Positions 1-10,946 of a stretch of DNA of 33,926 bases are shown in pieces. Every line of letters begins with the position of its first letter. Within the stretch, counting starts at the first letter, position 1. The notes beneath the pieces were generated by a model. The model made no database searches. It was given only the letters and a program-made list of their open reading frames with translations, and was not told the DNA's origin. This DNA comes from Octopus sinensis (taxonomy: Eukaryota), in the NCBI RefSeq assembly GCF_006345805.1, contig NW_021829656.1:1-33926 (forward strand), given 5' to 3'. The position numbers were made by a program, and so were the translations under genes.

Positions 1-15
1 TTGGTAAACTTTTTA

Positions 16-348
16 ACTCTTTTACTCTTTTACTTGTTTCAGTCATTTGACTGCGGCCATGCTGGAGCAACGCCTTTAATCGAGCCACTCGCTAAGTAAC
101 GGGACATAAACACACCAGCATCGGTTGTCAAGCAATGCTAGGGGACAACACAGACACACAACAACCCATATAATTACATATATTACGACGGGCTTCTTTG
201 CAGTTTCCGTCTACCAAATCCACTCACAAGGCTTTGGTCGGCCCAAGGCTATAGTAGAAGATAGTTGCCCAAGGTGCCACGCAGTGGAACTGAACCTGGA
301 ACCATGTGGTTGTTAAACAAGCTACTTACCACACAGCCACTCCGCGCC

Positions 349-349
<1 letters not shown>
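16..349 (-). mobile_element. tRNA-derived SINE family A (CORE-like), full length
   Basis: Minus strand has A-box TGGCTGTGTGG and B-box-like GGTTCAGTTCC, then CORE-like GGCACCTTGGGCAA and a (GAGTAAAA)-type tail. Collinear with the copy at 31281-31712. Confidence 0.85.
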
Positions 350-389
<40 letters not shown>

Positions 390-500
390 ATATATATATA
401 TATATATTATATATATATATATTATATATATAATATATATATATATATTATATATCTATATATATATATATATAATACTATATATATATATATAAAATAT
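350..500. repeat. (TA)n microsatellite
   Basis: Directly visible; a second (TA)n tract lies at about 671-800. Confidence 0.95.
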
Positions 501-670
501 ATTTATTATATAGAAGGAGCTTCTACAGGACTAGAACTGTTTCATTCAAGAGAAATCTTCAGGAAGCTCTAGTCCTGTAGAAGCTCCTTCTATATAATAA
601 ATTAATTTTACTCTGCTATGTATTGAGTACCTTATTTACTGTGGTTAACCCCGAATCAACCCGGACCTAC
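501..670. mobile_element. Penelope-like (PLE) pLTR remnant with inverted 5' segment
   Basis: Perfect 35-bp inverted repeat (501-535 / 568-602), a hammerhead motif on the minus strand, and (TA)n on both sides. PLE assignment is inferred from the hammerhead plus inversion architecture. Confidence 0.55.
517..569 (-). ncRNA. Minimal type I hammerhead ribozyme motif
   Basis: Minus strand reads GAGCTTC-CTGAAGA-T.TTC.TCTT.GAA.T-GAA-ACAG.TTCTAGTC.CTGT-A/GAAGCTC. Stem I GAGCTTC:GAAGCTC, core CUGAnGA and GAAA, stem III ACAG:CTGT, GUA cleavage triplet (cut between 524 and 523). Stem II is weak (3 bp plus U.U). Confidence 0.75.
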
Positions 671-744
<74 letters not shown>

Positions 745-1084
745 AAATAATAAATATATATATATATATATATCTATATATATATATATTATATATATAA
801 CGTAGTTTAAAATGGTCATTATGTATACAATCAAAACGTATATAAACTGTTGCACTAACTTTTCGGTTCTTCCTTGAGAGTTCATTGTATTATGTCAATA
901 CAATTCGTCTCACCCGGGATACCTTTTCACTGACAATTTCCCCGCATTGCAATAGAGCAAGCGATCAGATCAGGTCGCACGAGTGCGACGAAAATACTTA
1001 ACAACATAATAGATTCGCTGAATATATTATATTTTGAGGGTGTGTATATATTTAAATGAATATATGTTTATATGTATGTAAGAG

Positions 1085-1176
1085 AGGCTGCGAGCTGGCA
1101 GAAACATTAGCACGCCGGGCGAAATGCGTGGCCGTATTTCGTCTGCCGTTACCTTCTGAGTTCAAATTCTGCCGAG
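1085..1176 (+). mobile_element. SINE family B head fragment
   Basis: AGGCTGCGAGCTGGCAGAAAC (A box) to GAGTTCAAATTC (B box); truncated where a family A copy begins. Confidence 0.8.
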
Positions 1177-1184
1177 AAGGATAT

Positions 1185-1351
1185 AGGCGCTGGCGTAACT
1201 GTGTGATAGGAAGCTTGCTTCCCAACCACATGGTTCCGGGTTCAGTCCCACTGCGTGTCTTCTACTATAGCTTCGGGCCGATCAAAGCCTTGTGAATGGA
1301 TTTGGCAGACAAAAACTGAAAGAAGCCCGTCGCATATATATATATATATAC

Positions 1352-1395
<44 letters not shown>

Positions 1396-1670
1396 CTTTT
1401 ATCATTTACTAGTTTTAGTCACTAGACTGAGGCCATGCTGGGGGACCATATATTACAAATGCGTGTGTGTGTGTTTGTGTCTGTCCTTGTTCTCCACCAA
1501 TGGTAGACACCCGGTGTTCCTGTGTTAACGTGCCTCTAACTTAACGCTTTAGCTAAAGACACCGATAGAATATGTACCAGACTTTAAAAAACAAATAAAT
1601 ATTGGGGTCGATTCGTTCGAGGCGGTACCTCAATGTGACCGCAGGCTAATGACTAAAGCAAGTTAAAAAA
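1185..1670 (+). mobile_element. SINE family A, diverged, with internal (TA)/(TG) expansion and an inserted inverted tail fragment (~1397-1445)
   Basis: GGTTCCGGGTTCAGTCCC head, AAGAAGCCCGTCG body and degenerate 3' half match 31281-31712. Confidence 0.75.
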
Positions 1671-1769
1671 TATACGTGAAAACGCTGTAAGAATTTTAAA
1701 TGAAGTTAAAATTACCAAATCAAACCTCTAATTAACTACAACATGGGCTTTCAATCTAATGTCATGCAG

Positions 1770-1895
1770 CTTAACGAACGTATATCAAGCTACAAGAAAA
1801 CTGCTGAAGAATCTATATCCCTGACAGCTCGAATGGCTGAAGAAGGTGCTATTTACATTAAAGAATTAATCGAAAGTGACGCTGGTCTATTTTGA
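1770..1895 (+). CDS. Candidate terminal coding exon of an unknown gene (LNERISSYKKTAEESISLTARMAEEGAIYIKELIESDAGLF*)
   Basis: Non-repetitive 42-codon frame after CTAAT...TGCAG (acceptor at 1769), TGA at 1893-1895 and AATAAA at 2101. No homolog recognised. Confidence 0.3.
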   Translation, partial: LNERISSYKKTAEESISLTARMAEEGAIYIKELIESDAGLF

Positions 1896-2194
1896 ATGAA
1901 AACACCAAAGAGAAATTTTATATTAACAATAGAAAACAAACTGAGCGGATTCAATGTGTCTGACGATCGAACCACGTTACTGCGATGCTGTAATGTATTA
2001 GGTGACTATTTCATGAAACCAGTGTTAATTAATAGGGCTCTAAGTGTACGTGCACTAAGGAGGCTGAACAACAAATACACTCCCACTTCTCTGACAAACT
2101 AATAAAAAATAATGATTAACTGCTTCAATATTCGAAACTGGTTTTATCAAGGATTTTTTCCCGTGGATAAAGTTTGTGCGAACGAAAATATTAG

Positions 2195-2688
2195 TTTCAA
2201 ATTTTGGCAGAAGGTCAACAGTTTCGGTGGAGGGAGAAAGTCGAATACATCGACCCCAGTGTTAAACTGGTACTTATTTTATCGACCCTGAAAGGATAAA
2301 ATGTAGAGTCGACCTCGGTGGAATTTGAACTCAAGATGTAAAGACGGACCAAATGCCGCGAAATATTTTTGCCTGGTGTGCTAACGATTCTACAAGCTCT
2401 CCACCTTATCGGACGAAAATGATAATGAGTTGAAAATTTTGTTGCTAACCAATTTCAAATTTTGACACAAGCACAGCAAGTTCGGAAGATGGGGGTAAGT
2501 CAGTGACATCGACCCCAGTGTTCAATGGGTACCTATTTTATCGACCCTGAAAGGATAAAATGTAACGTTGACTTCGACAGAATTTGAACTCAAGATGTAA
2601 AGACGGACGTAATGTCACGAAGTATTTTTGCCTGGTGTGCTAACGATTCTGCCAGCTCTCCACCTTATCGGACGAAAATAATAATGAG
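2195..2688 (-). mobile_element. Two tandem SINE B copies (period ~259 bp), old local duplication
   Basis: Both copies share private variants (AAGGATAAAATGTA, TCAAGATGTAAAGACGGAC) and the same flank ATCGGACGAAAAT(G/A)ATAATGAG. Confidence 0.8.
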
Positions 2689-3419
2689 CTGATAATTAAG
2701 TTGCTAATTGATAACGCTTCATTCCTTTATTGCTATTTAGAAAAGACCGACGTTTAAAATCACTCAACACTTAATCAATCATTAGATCAAGACAGATTTT
2801 TAATTTTTGAGACAAATAATGCCAAACATTTGTATTAAAAAAAAAAGGAATACTGGGAGATTGGAAGGAAGATCAATTTTATGGTTCAAAGATTTGGGGA
2901 AAATTTTTCAATATCCTGCAATGTGGGAAGATAATTGTAATTATTGTCAACTCGTGAAATAAGGATATAGAAAAAAAAAACGCAAAAAGAAAAACCAGAA
3001 CAAAAACCCACATGCAAAAAAGAAACGAAAAAGAAAAAAAAACGAAATACATTTTGTTTGGCCGTTTTACCCGGAGCGGTTTTTAAATGGTTCGAAATAC
3101 TGTAAAAAAACAGACAAAAAAAAGAGGAAAAAAATAATCTAAATTCGATATTAATTATTATCGTTGATTTAGTTGAGGAAGGCATTATGGACGACATTGA
3201 GAAATTATTTTGCGTTACAAATGAATGGAAGATATTTAATTGACTCGCGTGCGATATTATCGTAAGCGAGTCAATCAAAATTATGAAAACGAGGCTGACG
3301 TTGATAAAGCAATTATTGAGATTATTGTTAAATCCTTGTAAGAGTTTCACTAGGAAAGATTTGGATACGAAATATAGTTTGAAATTTGAAAGAGAAATGT
3401 ATTTTATCGTTTATAGTTT

Positions 3420-3535
3420 ATTTGTTTCGGTCATAGGACTGCGGCCATTCTGGGGCACCGCACCGACCTGAAGGGTTTAGTGAAGCCAATCGGACCCAGT
3501 ACTTTATTATTATTATTATCATTATTATTATTATT

Positions 3536-3622
<87 letters not shown>

Positions 3623-4090
3623 CTGAAGCCTAGTAATTGTTCCATCGGTGTCTTTCGATGAGCCGCTATGTTACTAGCACGTAAACAAACCAACACCGGT
3701 TGTCAAGTGATGGTGGTGGTGGTGGTGGTGGACAAACACGCACAAAAGCACACACGCATAGATACATACGTACATACATGTACACAAACACGTACACACA
3801 TGTACACGACGGCTTCCTTTCAGTTTCCGCCAGCAAAATCCTCTTAAAAGACTTTTGTTGGTCAGGAGCTATAGTAGAAGTTACATTTACTTACCCAAAG
3901 TGCCACGCAGTGGGACTGAACGCGGAACCGAGTGGCTGGAAAGAAAACTTCTCAATAATTTATGTAAGAAATATATGTTCGAGAATGACTGTTGGCCAAG
4001 GGCTTTAAAAGAAGTTACAGTTACTTACCCGGGATGCCACGCAGTGGGAACGAACCCGGAACCATGTGGCTGGGAAGTCAGCTTCTTAGA
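3420..4090 (-). mobile_element. SINE family A with (TAT)/(TGT)/(GGT) expansions and a duplicated head segment (~3985-4090)
   Basis: Tail CTGCGGCCATTCTGGGGCACCG and body GTCAAGTGATGG; GCCACGCAGTGGGA...GGAACC occurs twice. Confidence 0.7.
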
Positions 4091-4110
4091 AATTTATGTA
4101 AAAATTTTGT

Positions 4111-4699
4111 ATTTACTTCTTTATTGCCCACAGGGGGCTAAACATGGAGGGGACAAACAAAGACAAAGGGATTAAATCGATTACATCGACCCAGTGCGTA
4201 ACTGGTACTTATTTAATCGACCCCGAAAGGATGAAAGGCAAAGTCGACCTCGGCGGAATTTGAACTCAGAACGTAATGGCAGACGACATACCTATTTCTT
4301 TATTGCCTACAAGGGGCTAAACACAGAGGGGACAAACAAAGGGATTAAGTCGATTACATTGACCTCAGTGCGTAACTGGTATTTAATTTATTGACGCCGA
4401 AAAGATGAAAGGCAAAGTCGACCTCGGCGGAATTTGAACTCAGAACATAAAGACTGACTAAATACCTATTTCTTTACTACCCACAAGGGGCTAAACACAT
4501 AGGGGACAAACAAGGACAGACAAACGGATTAAGTCGATTACATCGACCCCAGTGCGTAACTGGTACTTATTTAATCGATCCCGAAAGTATGAAAGGCAAA
4601 GTCTACCTAGGCGGAATTTGAACTGAGAACGTAACGGCAGACGAAATACGGCAACGCATTTCGCCCGGCGTGCTAACGTCTCTGCCAGTTCGCCGCCTT
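4111..4699 (-). mobile_element. SINE family B2: one head plus 3 diverged tandem units
   Basis: Units start at ~4111, 4289 and 4463; the unique head ends at CGCCGCCTT 4691-4699. Confidence 0.9.
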
Positions 4700-5149
4700 C
4701 TTTGAATAAACTATTGTTCAAATATTGCTTCTTTTTTATTAATAGATTTAACCGAACATCGAACTATCGACTCCTATTCTGAAGTTATCCCTTCCTTAAA
4801 ACCTATGCCCTACTTATTATCAATCCCATCTACTTACATCACGGGGTCATACCATCCCTCATTATCTCTCTCTCTCCGGTCATCGCTTTAGAATGTATTT
4901 TCCATCCTAAATTGTTCCAGCTCATAACCTCGAGCTTAATTTTACCGATAAGTAACGACTAATTACTGCTTCAAAAATATATTGTAACCCAAATTATTTG
5001 CTATTATTCCAATGAATCACCAGTTCCGCTGCCCCAAATATTCTCCAATTCCGCAGACACAGTAATTCGCTCGCAAATATTTACAATGGTTTACGGACAG
5101 GGATGTGAATCTCTAACTATTCGGGTCACATTGGAATTAATCCAGAGGC

Positions 5150-5158
5150 ACATACACA

Positions 5159-5228
<70 letters not shown>

Positions 5229-5236
5229 ACGCACGC

Positions 5237-5277
<41 letters not shown>

Positions 5278-5345
5278 CACACATATACATACTCATGCGT
5301 ACTTAAAGATTAATATACATTAATATATAACATATACACGAAAGG

Positions 5346-5412
<67 letters not shown>
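5150..5412. repeat. (CA)n, (TA)n and (TG)n microsatellites
   Basis: Directly visible. Confidence 0.9.
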
Positions 5413-5413
<1 letters not shown>

Positions 5414-5972
5414 AGAATAAGTACTAGGTTTTTAAAAAATTCCTGGGGACGATTAGTTTGACTAAAACCCTTCAAGGTTATATATATATGTACTGTTCCG
5501 TGAAAGTAAGATAAAAAAACAGGTACTCCATCAAGTGAGAGATAAATATTGTTTTTAATAAACTCAATAGGAGCTACTAATAGTTTCATGCTCTGAAAAA
5601 ACAGAGCCTGACGATTGCGTGAAAGCACCAGACGTGTTATAAAAAAATTCTGTCTGAGTTGCTTTCATCGCATGAAACTATTAGCAAGTCATAAAACTAT
5701 ATTCCGTGTTTATCAAAATATTACACACATACACACACGCCTACACACGTACATACATAAATACACGCATACATATAGATAGATGGACAGACATACTGAC
5801 CGACAGACAGATAGATAAAGGCACTCAGACCTAGATAGTCCTATGAAGTAAGAATCGTTAGAGTAAGAAATGTATTCTGATTTAAGTCACCCGACCGTGG
5901 CTTTATGCAACTCTGCTTGCGTATACAACACATACCTGCATACATGTCTACATACATACATAGATACTTACA

Positions 5973-8049
5973 TACCTATTTCTTTACAACCCACAAGGGG
6001 CTAAACACAGAGAGGACAAACAAGGACAGACAAACGGATTAAGTCGATTACATCGACCCCAGTGCGTAACTGGTACTTAATTAATCGACCCCGAAAGGAT
6101 GAAAGGCAAAGTCGACCTCGGCGGAATTTGAACTCAGAACGTAACGGCAGACGAAATACCTATTTCTTTACTACCCACAAGGGGCTAAACACAGAGGGGA
6201 CAAACAAGGACAGACAAACGGATTAAGTCGATTACATCGATCCCAGTGCGTAACTGGTACTTAATTAATCGACCCCGAAAGGATGAAAGGCAAAGTCGAC
6301 CTCGGCGGAATTTGAACTCAGAACGTAACGGCAGACGAAATACCTATTTCTTTACTACCCACAAGGGGCTAAACACAGAGAGGACAAACAAGGACAGACA
6401 AACGGATTAAGTCGATTACATCGACCCCAGTGCGTAACTGGTACTTAATTAATCGACCCCGAAAGGATGAAAGCAAAGTCGACCTCGCGGAATTTGAACT
6501 CAGAACGTACGGCAGACGAAATACCTATTTCTTTACTACCCACAAGGGGCTAAACACAGAGAGGACAAACAAGGACAGACAAACGGATTAAGTCGATTAC
6601 ATCGACCCCAGTGCGTAACTGGTACTTATTAATCGACCCCGAAAGGATGAAAGGCAAAGTCGACCACGGCGGAATTTGAACTCAGAACGTAACGGCAGAC
6701 GAAATACCTATTTCTTTACTACCCACAAGGGGCTAAACACAGAGAGACAAACAAGGACAGACAAACGGATTAAGTCGATTACATCGACCCCAGTGCGTAA
6801 CTGGTACTTAATTAATCGACCCCGAAAGGATGAAAGGCAAAGTCGACCTCGGCGGAATTTGAACTCAGAACGTAACGGCAGACGAAATACCTATTTCTTT
6901 ACTACCCACAAGGGGCTAAACACAGAGAGGACAAACAGGACAGACAAACGGATTAAGTCGATTACATCGACCCCAGTGCGTAACTGGTACTTAATTAATC
7001 GACCCCGAAAGGATGAAGGCAAAGTCGACCTCGGCGGAATTTGAACTCAGAACGTAACGGCAGACGAAATACCTATTTCTTTACTACCCACAAGGGGCTA
7101 AACACAGAGGGGACAAACAAGGACAGACAACGGATTAAGTCGATTACAATCGACCCCATGCGTAACTGGTACTTAATTAATCGACCCCGAAAGGATGAAA
7201 GGCAAAGTCGACCACGGCGGAATTTGAACCTCAGAACGTAACGGCAGACGAATACCTATTTCTTTACTACCCACAAGGGGCTAAACACAGAGAGGACAAA
7301 CAAGGACAGACAAACGGATTAAGTCGATTACATCGACCCCAGTGCGTAACTGGTACTTAATTAATCGACCCCGAAAGGATGAAAGGCAAAGTCGACCTCG
7401 GCGGAATTTGAACTCAGAACGTAACGGCAGACGAAATACCTATTTCTTTACTACCCACAAGGGGCTAAACACAGAGAGGACAAACAAGGACAGACAAACG
7501 GATTAAGTCGATTACATCGACCCCAGTGCGTAACTGGTACTTAATTAATCGACCCCGAAAGGATGAAAGGCAAAGTCGACCTCGGCGGAATTTGAACTCA
7601 GAACGTAACGGCAGACGAAATACCTATTTCTTTACAACCCACAAGGGGCTAAACACAGAGAGGACAAACAAGGACAGACAAACGGATTAAGTCGATTACA
7701 TCGACCCCAGTGCGTAACTGGTACTTAATTAATCGACGCCGAAAGGATGAAAGGCAAAGTCGACCTCGGCTGAATTTGAACTCAGAACGTAACGGCAGAC
7801 GAAATACTATTTCTTTCTATTCTTTACTACCCACAAGGGGCTAAACACAGAGAGGACAAACAAGGACAGACAAACGGATTAAGTCGATTACATCGACCCC
7901 AGTGCGTAACTGGTACTTAATTAATCGACCCCGAAAGGATGAAAGGCAAAGTCGACCTCGGCGGAATTTGAACTCAGAACGTAACGGCAGACGAAATACG
8001 GCTATGCATTTTGCCCGGCGTGCTAACGATTCTGCCAGCTCGCCGCCTT
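5973..8049 (-). repeat. SINE family B2 array: single tRNA-like head plus 11 near-identical ~184-bp tandem units
   Basis: Unit starts (TACCTATTTC) at 5973, 6157, 6341, 6522, 6705, 6888, 7070, 7253, 7437, 7621 and 7805. The A-box head occurs only once (~7997-8049). Confidence 0.95.
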
Positions 8050-8415
8050 CTTAGATACATACATACCGCAAATTGTCTTTTGAGTTTCCTGTAATGAACG
8101 TATGCAGACACAGTCATACATAATCATATACATACACGCACTATTACATACATGTAAAGGATATGCTCATACACACACCGACACACACGCACACACACTC
8201 ACACACACGCACACACACTCACACACACGCACACACACAGACCAATTAATCGAATACACGCTCCTAAACGATGGAAAATAGACATCTGCGCCAATCACAT
8301 ATCTCTTATCTCGCCCACATTCCTCAGTCACTCTCATGCAGATAGAATTAAACATTCAAAACATTCACACTGTACACCCCCGAACCCGGCTACACACATA
8401 GCATTTACCACATAA

Positions 8416-9182
8416 CTGGGACTCCGTCGATTACGACGATGCGGGTTCCCGTTGATCCGATCAACGGAGCAGCTTGCTCGTGAAATTACTTAACGTGCAA
8501 GTGGCTAAGCACTCCACAGAGACGAGTCCCCTTAACGTAGTTCTCAGGGAGATTCAGCGTAACACAGAATGTGACAAGGCTGACCCTTTGAAATACAAGT
8601 ACTACCGTAAATCCTCGAGTATAATCCGCCCTTGAGTATAAAACACAGGGGATTTTTAGGGGGATGTACCTCTGAAAACCTAAACCTTGTGCATAATACG
8701 CACCCCTTCTCTAACTTGAGTCAAGGAGGTCTATATAACGTCATTGGTTTGTAAAACTGTATATGGTAACGTCCCTTATTATTATTGTACATATAACATA
8801 ATGCAAAGGTGTAGCTTTTTTGTGCATTTTGTTTGCAGAAAATAAAGAAATAACAGTAATACCGTTTAATAAATGTTGCTTACTGCAAGTTATGGATGAT
8901 TCTTTTATGACTTCATTACTTTCAGGCTTAGTTTAAGGTATTTTCGCGCCCGACATCACAAAATGCGTCTGAATAAGCATTGCCAAACAGCAAATAGAGA
9001 CTCGGACATTGCTAAGAAAATAATTTTCATTTTTAACCTCGTATATAGTACGCACTAGGGATTTTGACCTTTAAATCTTTGGGGAAAATGCGGATTATAC
9101 TCGAGTATTAATGGTACTCATATTTGTCTGCTGAGTGGACTAGAGCAAAATGAAATAAAGTGTCTTGCCGAAGGACACAACC
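8416..9182 (-). mobile_element. SINE family C body interrupted by a Tc2-like MITE
   Basis: 8416-8604 and 9117-9182 match 9243-9603 collinearly (GTTGATCCGATCAACGG, CACTCCACAGA, GTGTCTTG..AAGGACACAAC). Confidence 0.8.
8605..9114. mobile_element. TcMar-Tc2/pogo-like MITE, copy 1 (510 bp)
   Basis: TIR CCGTAAATCCTCGAGTATAATCCGC ... GCGGATTATACTCGAGTATTAATGG with TA on both sides (8603-8604, 9115-9116). CCGTA ends are typical of Tc2-like elements. Confidence 0.85.
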
Positions 9183-9242
9183 ATACTATCGTGAGCTGAA
9201 TTTCTCTTGGCAGTAAGCCATGTGCTTTCACGACTCTATTAT

Positions 9243-9603
9243 TGGCACTACGTCGGTTACGACGACGTCTGTTTCAGTTGATCGGATCAACGGAACAGCT
9301 TGCTCGTGATATCAACGTGCAGGTGGTTGAGCACTCCACAGATACGTGTACCCTCAACGTGCAAATGGCTGAGCACTCCACTGACACATCAACGTAGTCC
9401 ACAGGGAGATTCAGCGTGACGACACAGAATGTGACACGGCTGGCCTTTTCAATGACAAATACAACTGATTTTTGCCAGCTGAGTGAACAGGAACATCGTA
9501 AACTAAAGTGTCTTGTCTAAGGACCCAACGCGTCGCCGGGAATCGAACTCACAACCTTACGATCGTGAATCGAATATCCCCAACCACTAAGCAACGAACC
9601 TTC
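9243..9603 (-). mobile_element. tRNA-derived SINE family C, near full length
   Basis: Minus strand has A-box TGCTTAGTGG, B-box GAGTTCGATTCCC and CORE-like GGTCCTTAGACAAGACAC, plus an internal short duplication. Confidence 0.8.
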
Positions 9604-9605
9604 TC

Positions 9606-10935
9606 CACTTACCATATGAAGAGATTGAAAGTTTAATATTTGGCGATATTTCGGATTCTTCTGAAAGTGAATTTCCCCAACCATCAATGTGTATTGTTGC
9701 AAAGAGGAATATTGACGTGAAAAGCCGCCAAACAGAAGAAAATAAACAAAAAAAAAGAAGTTTTGCGTCGGCGGTTGGAGGTGGAACACGCCAGCTGTCG
9801 ACAAACAAAAATGATCTGATAAAGTACAGAGATATGATAACGATTGAAGACGGTGTTGTGAAAGTTCAACCCCCGGAAGAACTATTAATGTTAGAAAAAA
9901 GAAAAAAACAATTATCTTAAAATCTTACTGTCTAAAAAGATAAAAAATTGATCGAGTGAGCGAAGAGAAAGTTGAGAAGTGCTTCAAACCCATCTGGCAG
10001 GACATCACATACCTAGCCAGAGGGAAGAAGTTTGGTACTATCGAAGTTCGACTAAAAGATATAGAAACTGCACAAATGCACTCAGTTAAATCCTTAGAAA
10101 CGGAGGACGTTGTTTTAATTCCAATATATATGGGAATGAGGACGTCAAAGATACGTATACCAAGGGTCCCACCTGAAGTCGACCTTATGTGGTTGGTGGC
10201 AGCAGCCCTGGCAAAAGAGGAAGATAATGTAACACTCCTTCAGGCTACCGTCACAGAAAAAGGGTTATTGGATCGGTCAAACGGTTCACTTCCTAATACA
10301 AGCAGAAAACTCAATTTTAGAACAGTTACTGGAGAAAATAGAAATTGTGGAGGAATTCCTTAACGTATTCGTCGAGGGGCGTAAGCCCCGATGTTTCCAG
10401 TGTGGCCAGCTGGGCCATATAAATAAAACACTGTAGAGACGGCGAGGAAAAATTCGATGGTGAGGAGGAGGAGGAGGAGGAGGAGGAGAGAGAGAGAGAG
10501 AGAAACAGAAAAGAAAGCAACTGACACAAGAGAAAAATGGAAAGCTCAAATCAACAAAAAAGACTAAACAAAAATGACCAAAAAAATAATAAAACAATGA
10601 TAATGAAAACTGCGAAAAGAAATAAACCAAAAATAGTAAGAAAGGAAGCAGAAGACAGAGGGATAGTTGCATTATACAGCAAAAATGAAGATTTAGTGAG
10701 AGAAATAAAAGCGAAAAAATCAGCCACTAGGATTGCAGAACTTATTGATAAATATAAGAACTACAAGTTCTACGAAATGGATAAAAAGACTCATAATGTA
10801 TTGCTTAACATGTATAGAAAGTCGGTGTCAATTATGAGATTGGATTTTAATCAATCCATTTTTCAAGACTTGCCACTTCCGATCCTATGTCAAGAAAAGG
10901 TGGAGAGTCCCTCTCCAGAGGATACCCAGGATTAA
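9606..10935 (+). pseudogene. L1/Tx1-class LINE ORF1 (gag-like) remnant with CCHC zinc knuckle
   Basis: Frameshifted frames read ...RSFASAV..., SEEKVEKCFKPIWQDITYLARGKKFGTIEV..., then NVFVEGRKPRCFQCGQLGHI(fs)KHC at ~10365-10440 and a Lys-rich C-terminus. Interrupted by (GAG)n(GA)n at ~10460-10505. Confidence 0.8.
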
Positions 10936-10946
10936 ATATGTAAGTA

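Noticed and set aside
545-553. TTCAAGAGA, the common synthetic shRNA loop, inside the hairpin spacer
   Set aside because: It is off-centre in a 32-nt spacer and is part of the hammerhead stem II complement. There is no vector sequence, so it is coincidence.
1800-1880. Two CTGAAGA motifs followed by CGAAAG (possible hammerhead)
   Set aside because: No stem I, II or III pairing; better explained as the candidate exon.
2886-3420. 154-aa minus ORF and semi-open A-rich plus frames
   Set aside because: Low-complexity F/S-rich antisense of A-rich DNA; no motif recognised in any frame.
6676-7241. Repeated ORFs (MNSERNGRRNTYFF...)
   Set aside because: These are antisense readings of the SINE B2 unit, with non-ATG starts and frames broken between units.
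5973-8049. CRISPR-like or rDNA/tRNA gene array
   Set aside because: There are no variable spacers; the units are SINE-derived and the context is eukaryotic.
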